64,000 nucleotides of DNA from Hypanus sabinus (lineage: Eukaryota), in the NCBI RefSeq assembly GCF_030144855.1, contig NC_082721.1:42966001-43030000 (forward strand). The letters run 5' to 3'. Positions 49,201 through 62,739 of the stretch are shown here, piece after piece. The stretch's first letter is position 1. Every line of letters begins with the position of its first letter. The translations under genes were made by a program, and so were the position numbers. The notes under the pieces were generated by a model. That model worked only from the letters and a program-made list of their open reading frames with translations, did not search any database and was not told where the DNA came from.

Positions 49201-50539
49201 AATACTTTTTCACCATTTCTAACATCTAAGACAAGGACATACAAGAGAAAATCTGCAGATGCTGGAAATTAGAGAAACACACACAAAATGCTGGAGGAAC
49301 TCAGCAGGTCTGGCAGCATCTATGGAAAAAGGTACAGTCGATGTTTCAGGCTGAAACCCTCCAGCAGGACTCACACAGGACTTCCCATAAAAATGTAGAG
49401 TTTCAGAAACATCAGCAGGACTTTCAAAGGCCTCACCCTGGGAAAGGAGCAAACTTTATGTGTGGGCTTCACCTGGAGACAACTTGAAAGACTGGCCCTG
49501 GACTGAGGACTCCAGTCTATAGCCTATGCAATAGAATTGTGATATGTTTTAACTGACAAACATGAATGTTCGTTCTATACACCACTGGTAAAATGTCCTG
49601 CTGTTACCTTCCAAACCTTTGAGCTGTATTAGCAAGTACACAAGGGCAGGATAAGCTGGAAATGCCACCTGTAATTTCACTTCCTAGTCACAAACTATCC
49701 TTTTTTGAAAATATCTAGATAGCAGATAAAAATATCTAGTCTTGGACATGAGAAAATTTCTGCATATGTACCATGTTTGGGAGTTTTCTGAATGCTTAAC
49801 CTTTGAGAGAATGTTACAGAATGCTTTGAGTTCAAAAAATTTAGTGTGATATGTGGCCACATGTGAGTTCACTTGAGTTAGATCTATTTCTATCACACAG
49901 ATGTTTGAGCAGGAAGATTCAATTGTGATATTTAGAAAGAGCCAGATACATATCTGAAACTGCAAGATTGTGGGTAGAGGTCTGGGGCATGTAATATTTT
50001 TAATATCGAGATGGTCTGAGGTGAACAGGCCAAATGGCTTCACTTTCTCAGGTAACCATTCTGTTTCACCATCTAGTCTCTTATGATATGATGACCTCTG
50101 AGTCTGAGACAGTGAATATAATGTTAGCACCTCCCAAGTAAAACCTTTTTGTTTTTGTGCAGTTAATAAGGTTGATAATTGTCTGATATTTCTCAGTTTC
50201 TTGTTTCTGTACTGTCTTGTCACTGACATTAAATGGCTGCATCCAACTCCACTATAGTCCAACTCCCATTGTAACTCTGGTTAGATTTGGAGATAATATT
50301 GTTTGGAAGATTCTTCAGGAGTCAAAAGAATTTGCCAGATTTATGATTACAACTCTTTTATCAGATGTTCAGCATGCAAGAGGCAAAAAAGCCATAAGAT
50401 AAAGAACACAATAATAAATAAAAACACAATAAATATAAATACATAACATTGCTTATATACATAGGTTAATTGTGTGTTCATAAACTGACACTAGGCACAG
50501 GTGTGTTTGCCCATAAGGTGACTCTGACACGAAATGATA

Positions 50540-51300
50540 AAGTAGTGGTGGTGGAAGTGTGGGTTAGTGGGTAGAGCTATTGGTCATCATTACTGCTTGG
50601 GGATATAACTGTTTTTGGCTCTGGTGGTTTAGCTGCCGTGGATGCTACGCAGCTTCCTCCCTGATGGGAGTGGGACAAGCAGTCAATGAGCAGGATTGGT
50701 GGGATCCTTCATGATGTTTTTGGCTCTTTACCAGCACCTTTCTGCATGTATGTCCTTGATGGCATGTAGACAGGTGCCAATGATGTGTTGGGCGTACCCT
50801 TTGTATTGAACTTCCTGACCACCACACTGAAGTTTCCTTACCATGCAGTGATTAATCTTGTTAGGATACGCTCGACAGTGCATCTGCAAAAAGTCATGAG
50901 TAAAGATGTGCACAGTCCAGCTCCCTTCAGCCTCCTCAGGAAGTAGAGATGTTGGTGAGCTTTCCTGATTGTGTAATTTAGATTCAGGACCCATGTGAGG
51001 TTGTGCATAATATGCCCTTCCAGGAGTCTGAAACTGGACAAAGTTTCCATTGCAGTGCAGTCAATGTTTTGTGAGTGGTGTGAGTTATTTCTCCTGAAGT
51101 CAATAACAATTTCCTTTGCCTTGTTAACACTGAGGAAGAAGTTATTTAGCTGGCACAGGCATCGAACTTTTCGACCTTCTCTCTGCAGGCTGCCTCATCA
51201 TTGTTGGTGATGAGCCTCACCACTGTTGTGTCATCGGTGAATATGACAATGTGATTACTTGGGTGTTTGGCTGTACAGTGACGTGTGAGCAGAGTGAGCA
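50540..51300 (-). mobile_element. Rex1/Babar-like LINE 3' RT fragment
   Basis: NYTIRKAHQHLYFLRRLKGAGL...FCRCTVERILTRLITAW (50838-51050). Confidence 0.8.
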
Positions 51301-51829
51301 AATGGTGTAATCTACTTAGACTAATTTGACCATTTACTGAATTACAGTGTAATTCAGGTATAGATATTATGTTATTACAACAAGGTTATTGCTTGTCAAA
51401 GCAGAGAGAGGCAGGTTTTAAGAATGGCCATATTTCTGACAACTTTCGAGATGAAAAGTTGAACAGCTTCCTGAATTCACTCACCTGCTCTGAAGCACCT
51501 CTCAAACCAGCAGCTAGACCATCCAGAGGGACAAGTATAGCAGACCAGATGAACACCACCACCTGTAGGATCTTCTTCAACTTGCAAACCATTTAGACTG
51601 GAAAAGTATCACTAATCTAACACTGAACTTCTGGAACATTCATGTGACCAAAAGTTGAAATACTTTCTGAATTGTAATTGGTTTACGATTGTCACATAGT
51701 GAAGTATCATTATATAGTGTATTGAGGTCACTGAAGCAAATAGAATAACAGAATGCACAGTAAAGTGAAGCAGCTGCAGAGGAAGTGCTGTGCAGGTAGA
51801 CAATAAGGTGCAAGATCAGAATGAGGTGG

Positions 51830-52650
51830 ATTGTAAGGTCAAGAATCTAACTCATTGTACTAGGGAATTATTCAATAGTCTTACAACAGCAGGTAGAAGG
51901 TATCCTTGAACCTGGTGGTTTATGCTTTTGGGCTTTTTCTGTTTATTCCGATGGTGGTAAAGGTATTTGGTTATGCTGGTTGCTTTACTGAGGTAGCAAA
52001 AAGTATGGACAGAATCCCTGGAGGAGAGGATCGTTTCCTTGATCTGCTGAGATGTGTCTACAACTCTGTCACAGGACGGGATCCTGTGCACCAACCCCAT
52101 CCTGAAGAAATTGACCAGATGATTTGCTTGGCTGACATTGAGGGAAAGGTTGTTGTCATTGCTCCATGTTACTAAGTTCTTTATTTTCTTCCTGTATTCC
52201 GATTCGTTGTTCTTTGTGTTTTGCCCAGCAAGGTGGTACAATCTGCAAACTTGTAGATGGTGTTAGAGCAGAGTTTGCTTTCACAGTCATGACTGTAGAT
52301 AAATCTCAAGGTTGTTTATGGTATACATAGACTGGTAATTAATTTACTTTGAACTTTGACACTGTGGCCAAGTACTGAACCTTGTGGAACACCAGAATAG
52401 AAAGTACTCATAGCAGAGATACTGCTGCCTCCCCTTACTGATTGTGGTCTATTCATCAGGAAGTTAAACTTCCTGTTGTGGAAAGAGGTGTTGACCCCCG
52501 GGTCTTGGAGTTTTGTGATGTATTTGTCTGGGATTACAGTATTGAAGCTGGGGCTGTAGTCAATAAACAATAGACTAATACAGCTACCTTTACTGTCCAG
52601 GTGCTCCAGAGATGACTATAGAGCCAGGGAGATGGCATCCACCACGGGCG
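51830..52650 (-). mobile_element. Further Rex1/Babar-like RT fragments
   Basis: ESEYRKKIKNLVTWSNDNNLSLNVSQ and FIDYSPSFNTVIPDK...NFLMNRPQSVR...GVPQGSVLG. Confidence 0.7.
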
Positions 52651-52689
52651 AATTGCAGTGGGTTGAGGTTGTCTGGGAGGCTGGAGATA

Positions 52690-53545
52690 ATGCATGCCAT
52701 TATGTGAGGCAAGGGGAGCTTAGGAGGAAGATGGCACCTAATGGTGACTCCTTTGCTTGCATCTTTGAAACAGCTTGCTTTCTATCTTTAATATCTCTTT
52801 TTCTTCTTTTTTTCTTCTTTTTCAGTGCTCTTTTGAAGACCCTGGCCTGGATTTGCACACTAACCTTGGTTCTTTGTGGGAACGGGACCTGCACTTGGGT
52901 CTCACGAGTGGCTGCTTTTCAGTATGCCAAGGACACGGCCTAGATGAATAACGTGCTTTCAGGGTGATGAATTTTCATGGTTCCGGAGGCGAGCGGACTC
53001 GAGGTCGGTGCTGGCACCAGGTGCATTGTGTGAGACAAAGGATCGAAAGCAATGAGCTGTCTGCTTGCAGTGCACTCAGAGACCCAAGTTCTTTGGGCAC
53101 AGAGCTCGGAAAAAGTGAGGTAACAGACTTTTAACACCATAAATCAGTAAGTTGCTTTGTAATGTCTTCCCTCTCACTGTGAAATGAGGGACACCTCTTT
53201 TTCCCTTATTAGGGAGAGAGAGGAACTGTGTTATATTGAATATTGAGTGAATGAGTAGTCTTTAGTGTAGTGCAAATCTGTGTCTGTATTGATGCTTTGC
53301 TGCACACTTGAATGCTTGGTGGGTAGTGTCGATGCTTTTTTGCTGGTGGGGGAGGGAGAGGTTTTTTGCTTTGCTGCTGCTTGGGAGGGGGAGCTGGGGG
53401 GATTTGGGGTTCTAACATTTAACTGTTATTCATTCTTGGGGCATTCCTCTGTTTTCGTGTATGTTTGGGAAGAGAAAGAATTTCAGGGTGTATATTGTAT
53501 ACATTTCTCTGACATTAAGTGTACCTATTGAAACCTATTATCAGC
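52690..53545 (+). mobile_element. Probable non-autonomous retroelement or LINE UTR-derived repeat
   Basis: Non-coding block from gaagatggcacc to the tail acattaagtgtacctattgaaacc, adjacent to Rex fragments. Identity recognised only loosely. Confidence 0.35.
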
Positions 53546-54719
53546 ACTTCAAAATGTTGAAGTCTGGAGGACATCCATATTGGAGATTGGAACAATGTGT
53601 GAAGTTGCATAAGTTCCTCTTGGACTTCCAGCTGGATCCAGGTGTTGACCTTAACTAACATTTCAATGACAAGCTCTACCATCTTTATAAGGGATGATGC
53701 CTAGACATGGGTAGTCTGTTGGTATATATACTCAACTCTTGCTGTCTGTCTCTCCCTATTGATAAGTCCTCAACCAATCAGGTTTCTGCTGTCCTACATT
53801 GTTTAAAATTGTATTCCAGTTCTTCCTTGGAGCGAATCCTTCATCACTTCAGAAATTCTTATCTGTAGTCTTATTTCAATAGTTTCCTTCACCAGACGGT
53901 TACAAAACCATTGGTGCAGCAGAGTAGTTTTGTGCCATTGAAGTCAATCCATTGTTCATAAAATATGATCAGTGTGTGATGTATTAGCCAAGGACCTGTA
54001 GAACTGAACACAAAGCTTACAGAGAGGCAAAGCCACTTGGTAATATTAAGAAGTGGTGGGGTATTTTCATTGTGTATCTTGTGTTGTTACTGAAGCCTCC
54101 AGCATTGAATAAAGTGGTACCTATTTAGGAAGTGTTCTACAGCGTGAAGGAAGTAAGTCCACCTTTCTCCAATTGTCCTGTCAGATGTTCTTAGACATGA
54201 CAAAGAACTGCAGGAGGACAATGATAATACACAAGATTATATAACAAGTTTGGATGGGATAAGGTGATTGGACCAGGATAGATTCAAACTAAATACAGTT
54301 TCCTCTGTGCTTGTGAAAAAATGGAATGCTCTACCTTATGTGTGGTTAATTGGCACCTGGGTCCCTGGGATGGAAGAAGAGTCTCAGTGGAAAACGTTGA
54401 GTGTTAATTTATTTCCAAACATGTTGCATGGCCTGTTAAGTTCCTCCAGCAGTTTCTGAGAATTGCACTACAAGTCAACATATTCTGTTATGAGATACAA
54501 GTTGATTATATCAAGTGGTTTATTGAGACCTGTGTCCATAGACTGGAAAAGTGAATGATGCGTTTGACTGGAACACTACAAAAATATTTCTGAAGATCTG
54601 GAAGGGAAATTCTGTCTAACCCAAGGAAGGAAGAACAGTGTATGAGGCATTGGATTGACAAGCATTGAGTATGTTGGAGGTTGTTTTCTGAGATGAATGG
54701 GTTGTTTCATACTGAGCAG

Positions 54720-55440
54720 AGAAAGAAATTTAAGAAAACAAGATTTCAGGGGAATTCAGCAGGTAAGGCAGCATCAGTGGAGGGAAATTGACAGAAGATG
54801 TTTTGGGCTGGCCCATTCATCTGGACTGAAAGATAAGAGGGCAGATATTCAGGTGAAGGGGAGGGTGGAGCAACTGATGGCAAGTGATAAATGGATCAAC
54901 GTTAAGGGTGGGGGTGACAGGTTTGGAGGTGATAGCTGGAGGGAACAAGGGCTGAAGATGATAAAATCTGATAGGAGGGGACGTTGCGTAATGGAATCAA
55001 GTGAGGAAAATGGAAATGATGAAGGACGGAAAAACCTATGGAAGGAATGTGTGGGTGATGGCAAGATGTAGAGGTTAGAGGAAGGGACAGAAATTGGGTG
55101 ATAGGAGTTGGAGGGCATGTAGGGAAAAATGGGTAGACCAGGAGGAAAGAAAAAAGGGAGTTGGAACAATTTATAGGAAATTAGAGAGTTCAGTTCTCAT
55201 GTCATTAGGCTGTAGTCTACCCAGGTGGCATAGAAGGCAGTAAGGTGATGATCCTCTGGTTTGTGTTTAGCCTCACCCTGGAAGATGATGGGGTTGAGCA
55301 CTGACATGTCAGTGTAAGATCAGGCCCAACAGTTAAATGGCTGGTAACTGGGTGCTCTAGATTGTCATGGCAGATGGAACACAGGTGTTCAACAAAGTAG
55401 TCACCCAGGTCTCACCAATGTAGGAGAGTCACCTTGGGAG
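54720..55440 (-). mobile_element. Degenerate Penelope-like 3' fragment
   Basis: Decayed homolog of 58100-58800 (ggcagcatcagtggag tail; cacctggaa...tagcctcacc GIY-YIG end). Confidence 0.55.
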
Positions 55441-56779
55441 AATCAGATGCAACAAACATGGCTGGATGTGTTGTATGTGAGTTTTTGCATTTGCATGCCT
55501 CACTGGGAAACAGACACCTGACCTGGAAATCGCCCTCTGTAGGCAGGTCTATCAATTCCCCCATTTCCCAATATTGATACTCCAAGAGAAAATCACTTTG
55601 GTCCATAAATCAGTTTGGGAGGATCAAAGTTTTAGGACATAAACTCTATGAACAAATTAAAATATAATTAATAAATTTTCAACTTGGGTCTCTCTTGAAT
55701 ATTTAAAATTTCTTCCAGGGATTTGGGCAGCACTGGGAAGGCCAAAAGCAATTGCCTATCCCTTGAAGGACTGGTGGTGAACCATGGACTGGACTCACAG
55801 CTATCCTTCTGAGGAAGATGCTCTCACAGTGACATCAGGGAGGGAGTTCCAGAAGGTCAATTGAAAGACTGGTGATACATATAGGCCAGGGTGCCAGTTT
55901 GAGAGGAGGCCTGAGGAGATGGTGATATTCTGCGTCACTTGCACTTTTCCTTCCTGATTACCTGGGCCTTTTGTCAATGTTGAATGTCGTTCCTCATTTC
56001 AGACATTTATAACTCATCAATCCTCATCACTTTTCTTGAGTGATTTAACTATTAAAAATTCGATAATACATTAAAAATGCAAAATGCATGATGAATGTAA
56101 GGCCTAGCCTGCTGGGTAAGGACTATTCTGAAAAAGGAAGAGAACATTTCAAATATCCCCAAATTGTTCCCCAAAGTACCAGTTCAGAATCAATGATATT
56201 CATTAAGTGTGAATCTTGCACCTGGATTCACAGACCTTCACATTGCATACTGCATTGGCCAGATCTGCAAAAAGTTTGTAATAATCATGTCATTAATTCT
56301 TTTAAACATACTTCAGAAACTAAAAGAAGGAAAGAGATAAGAAAGGATAAAAAGTGAGCTTTAGAGAGAACAAAGATAAACCCCTTATCGATAATTTTAC
56401 GAAGAACCTTGAGGAATAACAATAAATCATAAATAACTTTTGGCTCTACAGTGTAATCAACCTTTAGCATTCAGTCCAAAGAAAACAGGCAGAAGCAATG
56501 AGTAGATAGAAATTAAAGAGCTGTCTTCTTCACAAAGCTTATTCACATAGTTCTCCTAAAGTTATTCACATAGTTATTCCACATGGCCTCCTAAAATATT
56601 TGATGTTCTCCAACGTAACTTCCACTTTAATTACACAGAAACTTTCTCGAGTCCTATTGAATATATTTATGGTAAAATTAGGATTAAATCAAATTCTTTG
56701 AAGTACAGAATATCAGTCAATGGCCCTTTTATTCTTTCTCTCTCTGTCTCTCTTGAGATTTCCAGATGGTATGTTGCCT

Positions 56780-59700
56780 CCCGGGTGCCAGGGTCCAGGA
56801 TATCTCAGATTAAATTCAGATTGGATTGAATTCAGAATTCTTAAGCAGGAGGGTGAGCAGCCAGAAGTCCTGGTCCATCTCGTGGGTAGGTTGAGTGACG
56901 AGATTCTGCATAGGGAATTCAGGGAGTTACATGCAAAGTTAAAGGACAGGACCTCCATGGTTGTGATCTCAGGATTGTTACCCATGCCATGTGTAGGTGT
57001 GGCCAGAACTAGGAAGATTGTACAGTTTAATACATAGCTAAGGGTGTATGAGGGAGGGCATAAGATTTCTGGATCATTGTGTTCTCTTCCAGGTAAGTTG
57101 GTACCTGTACAGAAAGGACAGTTTGCACTGGAACTGGAAGGGGCTAATATGCTGGCAGGAAGATTTATTAATGCTGCACAGTGGGGTTTAAACTAGAGCT
57201 GCAGGGGGATGGGGACCAGTGTGCTAGAACATTTAGAGGAGAGTTTGTTGAAACAGATGTTGATAAGACCTCAGACAAAATTAGGAATCAGAAGGTTGAG
57301 CATGGTGTGACTAGTGTCCTGAAATTGTATATTTCAATGCAAGAAGTATCATAGGAAAGGTGGATGATGGTACTGAAGGTGAGGTAGCTGGCTTACAAAC
57401 AGAGGCAATATGTAGTAAGGAAAGGCTGTTGATACGGCAAAGTTGCAGTCAGCAGAATGAGTTGCAATGTAAAAGGCGGACAAAAAAGTGGAATACAGTA
57501 CTGAATGTTTTATATTTTAATGCACATAGTGTACAGAGAAAGATAGATGAACTTGGAACACAGTTGCAGATTGGCAGGTGTGATGAATCATGACTGAAAG
57601 AAGATTATAGATGGGAGCTTCATGTCCAAGGATACACATTGTATCAAAAAGACCAGCAGGAAGGCAGAGGAGTCGACTTTGCTCTGTTTAAAAAATAAAA
57701 TCAAATCTTTGGAAATAGGTGATATCGGGTTGGGAGGTGTTGAATCATTGAGGATAGAGCTAAGGAACTGCAAGGGTAAAAAGAACCTGATGGGAATTGT
57801 ATACAGACCCACAAACAGTTGTAAGGAGGTGGTCTACAAATAGCAACAGGATATAGAAAATGCATGCCAAGAGGGCAATGGGTGATTTCAAGATGCAAAT
57901 AGATTGGGAAAATCATGTTGGTGCTGTATTCCAAGTGGGGAATTTCTAGAATGCCTTCAAGTTGTGTTTTTTAGAGAAGCTCATGGTTGTGCCCACTAGG
58001 GGATAAGCTGTTCTGGACTGGGTGTTCTGCAATGAACCAGAATTAATTAAAGAGCCTAAGGTAAAGGAACCTTTAGGGGAAAGTGATCATAATAGGATTG
58101 AAACAACACACACAAAATGCTGGTGGAACACAGCAGGCCAGGTAGCATCTATAGGAAGTAGCACTAACGACGTTTCGGACTGAGATCCTTCGTCAGGACT
58201 AACTGAAAGGAGAAATACTAAGAGATTTGAAAGTAGTAGGGGAAGGGGGAAATGCAAAGTGATAGGAGAAGATCGGGGGGGGGGATGAAGCTAAGAGCTG
58301 GGAAGGTGATTGGCGAAAGTGATACAGATCTGGAGAAGGGAAAGGATCATGGGACAGGAGGCCTCAGGAGAAAGAATGGGGGAGTGAGTAGCACCAGAGG
58401 GAGATGGAGAAGAGGCAGGGTGATGGGCAGAGACAGAGAGAAAAAACAAACAACTAAATATGTCAGGGATGGGGTAAGAATGGGAGGAGGGGCATTAACG
58501 GAAGTTAGAGAAGTCAATGTTCATGCAATCAGGTTGGAGGTTACACAGTTGGTGTATAAGGTGTTGTTCCTCCAACTTGAGTGTGGGTTCATCTTGACAG
58601 TAGAGGAGGCCATGGATAGACATAACAGAATGGGAATGGGATGTGGAGTTAAAATGTATGGCCACTGGGAGATCCTGCTTTCTCTGGTGGACCGAAATAG
58701 GTGTTCAGCAAAACGGTCTCTCAGTCTGCGTCGGGTCTCACTGATATATAAAAGGCCGCACTGGGAGCACCGGACACAGTATACCACACCAGCCGACTCA
58801 CAGGTGAAGTGTCGCCTCACCTAGAAGGACTGTCGGGGGCCCTGAATGGTGGTGAGGGAGGAAGTGTAAGGGCAGGTGTAGCACTTGTTTCGCTTACAAT
58901 GATAAGTGCCAGGAGGGAGATCGGTGGGAAGGGATGGGGGGGACGAGCGGACAAGTGAGTCGCGTAGGGAGCAATTCCTGTGGAAAGCAGAAAGGGGTGG
59001 GGAGGGAAAGAGATGTTTGGTAGTGGGATCCCGTTGGAGGTGGTGGAAATTATGGAGAATTATACGTAGGACCTGGAGGCTTGTGGGGTGGTAGGTGAGG
59101 ACGAGGGGAACCCTATCCCGAGTGGGGTGGTGGGCAGATGGTGTGAGGGCAGATGTGCGGGAAATGGGAGATATGTGTTTGAGAGCAGAAGATGGTTTGA
59201 GATGGTGGAAGAAGGGAAGCCCCTTTGTTTAAAAAAGGAAGACATCTCCTTCGTCCTGGAATGAAAAGCCTCATCCTGAGAGCAGGTGTGGCAGAGACAG
59301 AGGAATTGTGAGAATGGGATAGCATTTTTGCAAGAGACAGGGTGGGAACAGGAATAGTCCAGGTAGCTGTGAAAGTCTGTAGGCTTATAGTAGATATCAG
59401 TAGATAAGCCATCTCTAGAGATGGAGATAGAAAGATCAAGAAAGGGGAAGGAGGTGTCAGAAATGGTCCAGGTAAATTTAGGAGCAGGGTGAAAGTTGCA
59501 GGCAAAGTCAATGAAATCAATGAGCTCAGCATGCGTGCAGGAGGCAGCGCCAATGCAGTCGTCGATGTAGTGAAGGAAAAGAGAGGGAACGATTCCCGTA
59601 TCCAGTTGGAACATGGACTGTTCCACAAAGCCAACAAAAAGGCAGGCATAACTGGAACCCATGCGGGTACCCATGGCTACTCCCTTGGTTTGGAGGAAGT

Positions 59701-62613
59701 GGGAGAAGCCAAAGGAGAAATTATTGAGAGTAAGAACTAATTCCGCTAGACGGAGGAGAGTGGTGGTAGATGGGAATTGGTTAGGTCTGCAATCCAAAAC
59801 GAAGTGAAGAGCTTTGAGACCGTCTGGGTGGGGGATGGAGGTATATAGGGACTGGATGTCCATGATGAAAATAAGGCAGTGGGGACCAGGGAACTTAAAA
59901 TCATTTAAAAAATTCAAAGCATGAGAAGTGTCATGAACATAGGTGTGAACAGATTGAACAAGGGGGGGTAAGACAGTGTCAAGGTATGCAGAAGTGAGCT
60001 CAGTGGGGCAGGAGCAAGCTGAGAGAATAGGTCTACCTGGACAGGCAGGTTTGTGGATCTTGGGTAGGAGGTAGAAACGGGAAGTGCGGGGTGTGGGAGC
60101 TATGAGGTTGGTGGCAGTGGATGGGAGATCCCCAGAACTGATAAGGTTGGTGATGGTATAGTAGACAATGGCCTGGTGCTCCTTAGTGGGGTCATGATCA
60201 AATTGTAAATAAGAGGAGGTATCAGAGAGTTGTTGCTGTGCCTCGGCCAGGTAGAGATCAGTACACCAGACAACAACAGCTGCCCCCTTATCAGCGGGTT
60301 TTATAGTGAGCTTGGGTTTGTTGCAGAGAGAGCGGAGTGCAGAGCGTTCGGAAGGAGTTAGGTTGGGATTGGAACAGGGTGTGATGAAGTTGAGATGGTT
60401 GATGTCCCGTCGGCAATTAGCAATAAAGAGATCCAGAGCAGGCAGAAGACCAGAGCGGGGTGTCCATGAAGAGGAGGAGGGCTGAAGACAGGAGGAGGGG
60501 TCTTCGGTGGGGGTAGGAGAGTCCTTGCCAAAGAAATAAGCTTGGAGACGGAGCCGGTGGAAGTAGAGTTCAGCGTATGCAGAACTCGCTGAGGTGTGGG
60601 CGAAGGGGGACAAAGCTAAGGCCCTTACTGAGGACAGAGTGCTCTGCCTCAGAGAGTTGAAGGTCAGAGGGAATGATAAAGACCTGGCATGGATGAGAGA
60701 TGGGATCAGAGAGGGGGAGGGAGGCTGGTAGTATCAGTGGAGAGGGGAGGGTTGGGGTGAGAGGAAGATGGAGCCTCTGAGGGCCCAGGAGCTGACAATA
60801 GGATTTGAGGGAGAGGGGATGGTAGAGTGGTGGTGGGGGAAGGGGAGACGGGAGTCGCAATTGCAGCATGTGAAGACCCGGCCTGGAGTTCAGGCTGGAG
60901 TCGCAGTTGGTGGTTGCGCAATCGCTTTGAAGCTGTCCATGATCGTTGGAACCCGCGTTGATGGTCCGGGTTTTGAATATGCCTACGGTTGCTGGGGCAG
61001 CCAAGATGGACGGCCGGGCCCAGGGCCGTGATATGAAGTCCATGCTCTGGGGTCTGCAGATGGAAGATCTTGCGATCCTTGCAGGACATGATAAAGTCAA
61101 AGAAACGGCAATTCCACGCATGGATCTGACGGAGGATGAAATAACGGACAGGTCCATTGCAAACGGAGAAAAAGGTGTCCCAGAGGCGTGGAAGGGATTG
61201 TGATAGGGACGCCAGGTACCTGCTCATTCTGGAGAGTGTCACCCATAGAGCTCGACGGGAGAAACAACGGCAGGCAGAGTCAATTAAATGTGAGTTCCTG
61301 GGATCCTCAGAAGGTCCAAATTGAGAAGCTCGAAAACGGATCCTGAAGCCAACTGGAGTCAGTTGGTGGCAGAGACACGTTCCAAGGAAGGATATATGGC
61401 TGTTATAGCAGGTCTGGATCAAAATATGATTGAAAAGTTGAAGGGCTGAAGGAATTATAGATGTGGAGCAGAGGGAGAGGGTTTCACTGAACTCCCGTCG
61501 AAGAGAAGATTTAAACTTCTTCAGTCTAGGCATCACTGGCAGAGGCTTTGCAGTAATAGGATTGAATTCATACTGAAATTTGAGGAGGATAAACTAAAGT
61601 TAGATGTATCAGTATTACAGTAGGGTAAAAGGTATTATAGAAACACGAGAGAGAGGAATTGGCCAGGTTTAATTGGAAAAGAACAATGACAAGGATGGAT
61701 GGAATTTCTGGAAGCAATCTGGAGGGCACAGGTTATACACATCCCAAAGATGAAAAATTATTCTAAATGCAAGTTGACAGAACTGTACCAACAAGAGAAG
61801 TCAAAGTCAACATAAAAGCCAAAGAGAGGGAATATAACTGAACAAAAGTTAGTGGGACATTAGATGATTTGGAAACTTTTAACGAACAACAGAAGATAAC
61901 TAAAAAGTCATTAGGTATGTAAATATGGAATGCAAAAGTAAGCTAGCCAATAATGTTAGAGATGATGTGAAAAGTTTCTTCAGATAAACTGTATAAAGTG
62001 GAAAAGAGAGCTGAGAATGGATGTTGGACTGATGGAAATCAATGCTGAAGAAATAGTAATGGGGTATAGGGAAACTGAATAAATAAACTGAATAAATATT
62101 TTGCATCAGCCTTCACTGTGGAAGATTCTAGCTGTTTGGTGGAAATTCCAGGTGTCAGGGGGCTTCATGTGTGTGAAGATATTTTTACTAGAGAGAAGAT
62201 TCTTGGGAAACTGAAAGGTCTGAAGGTAGATAAGTCACCTGGCCCAGATGGTATACAACCCAGGGATCAGATAGAGGGGGCATTTGTGATGATCTTTCAA
62301 GAATTACTAGGTTCTGGTATGATTCTGGAAGACTGGAAAATTACAAATGTCATTTCACTCTTCAAAAGGGGAGAGAGGAAGCAATAGGCCAGTTAGTCTG
62401 ATGACAGTGGTTGGGAAGATATTGGCGCCGATCATTAAGGATGAGGTCTCAGAGTACTTGGAGGCACATGATAAAATGGGGCAAAGTCAGCATGGTTCTT
62501 CAAGGGAAAATCTTGCTTGATAAATCTGTTGGGATTCATTGAAAAAATAACATGCAGTACAGACAAAGGAGAATTGGTTGCTGTTGTATACGAAGATTTT
62601 CAGAACGTCTTTG

Positions 62614-62616
<3 letters not shown>
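56780..62616 (+). mobile_element. CR1 LINE (ORF1 esterase, endonuclease, partial RT) split by the Penelope insertion and ending at an (AG)n tract
   Basis: EQPEVLVHL...VVISGLLPMP (56720-57037); endonuclease to SDHN|; resumes at 61554; KLKGLKVDKSPGPDG; stops at DFQNVFDK. Confidence 0.85.
58103..61553 (-). mobile_element. Near full-length Penelope-like element (RT plus GIY-YIG)
   Basis: Exact 13-bp duplication TAATAGGATTGAA (58090-58102 and 61554-61566). N-terminal ORFs 60706-61536 and 60570-61157; RT ORF 59060-60613 (KPADKG, FYLLPKIHK, GRPILS, GVAMGT, YIDD); GIY-YIG ORF 58521-58820 (VVYCVRC...YISETRRRLRDRFAEH). Confidence 0.93.

Positions 62617-62684
<68 letters not shown>
62617..62684. repeat. 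Perfect (AG)34 microsatellite
   Basis: Directly visible. Confidence 0.97.
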
Positions 62685-62687
<3 letters not shown>

Positions 62688-62739
62688 TCCAATGAGAGAT
62701 ATTGCTTTCACACAGTAACAATCTATAACTAACTTCACT

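Noticed and set aside
58252-59740. Plus-strand ORFs of 83-190 aa
   Set aside because: They are antisense shadows of the Penelope element.
62487-62738. ORFs with (ER)n or (SL)n tracts
   Set aside because: These are translations of the (AG)34 microsatellite.
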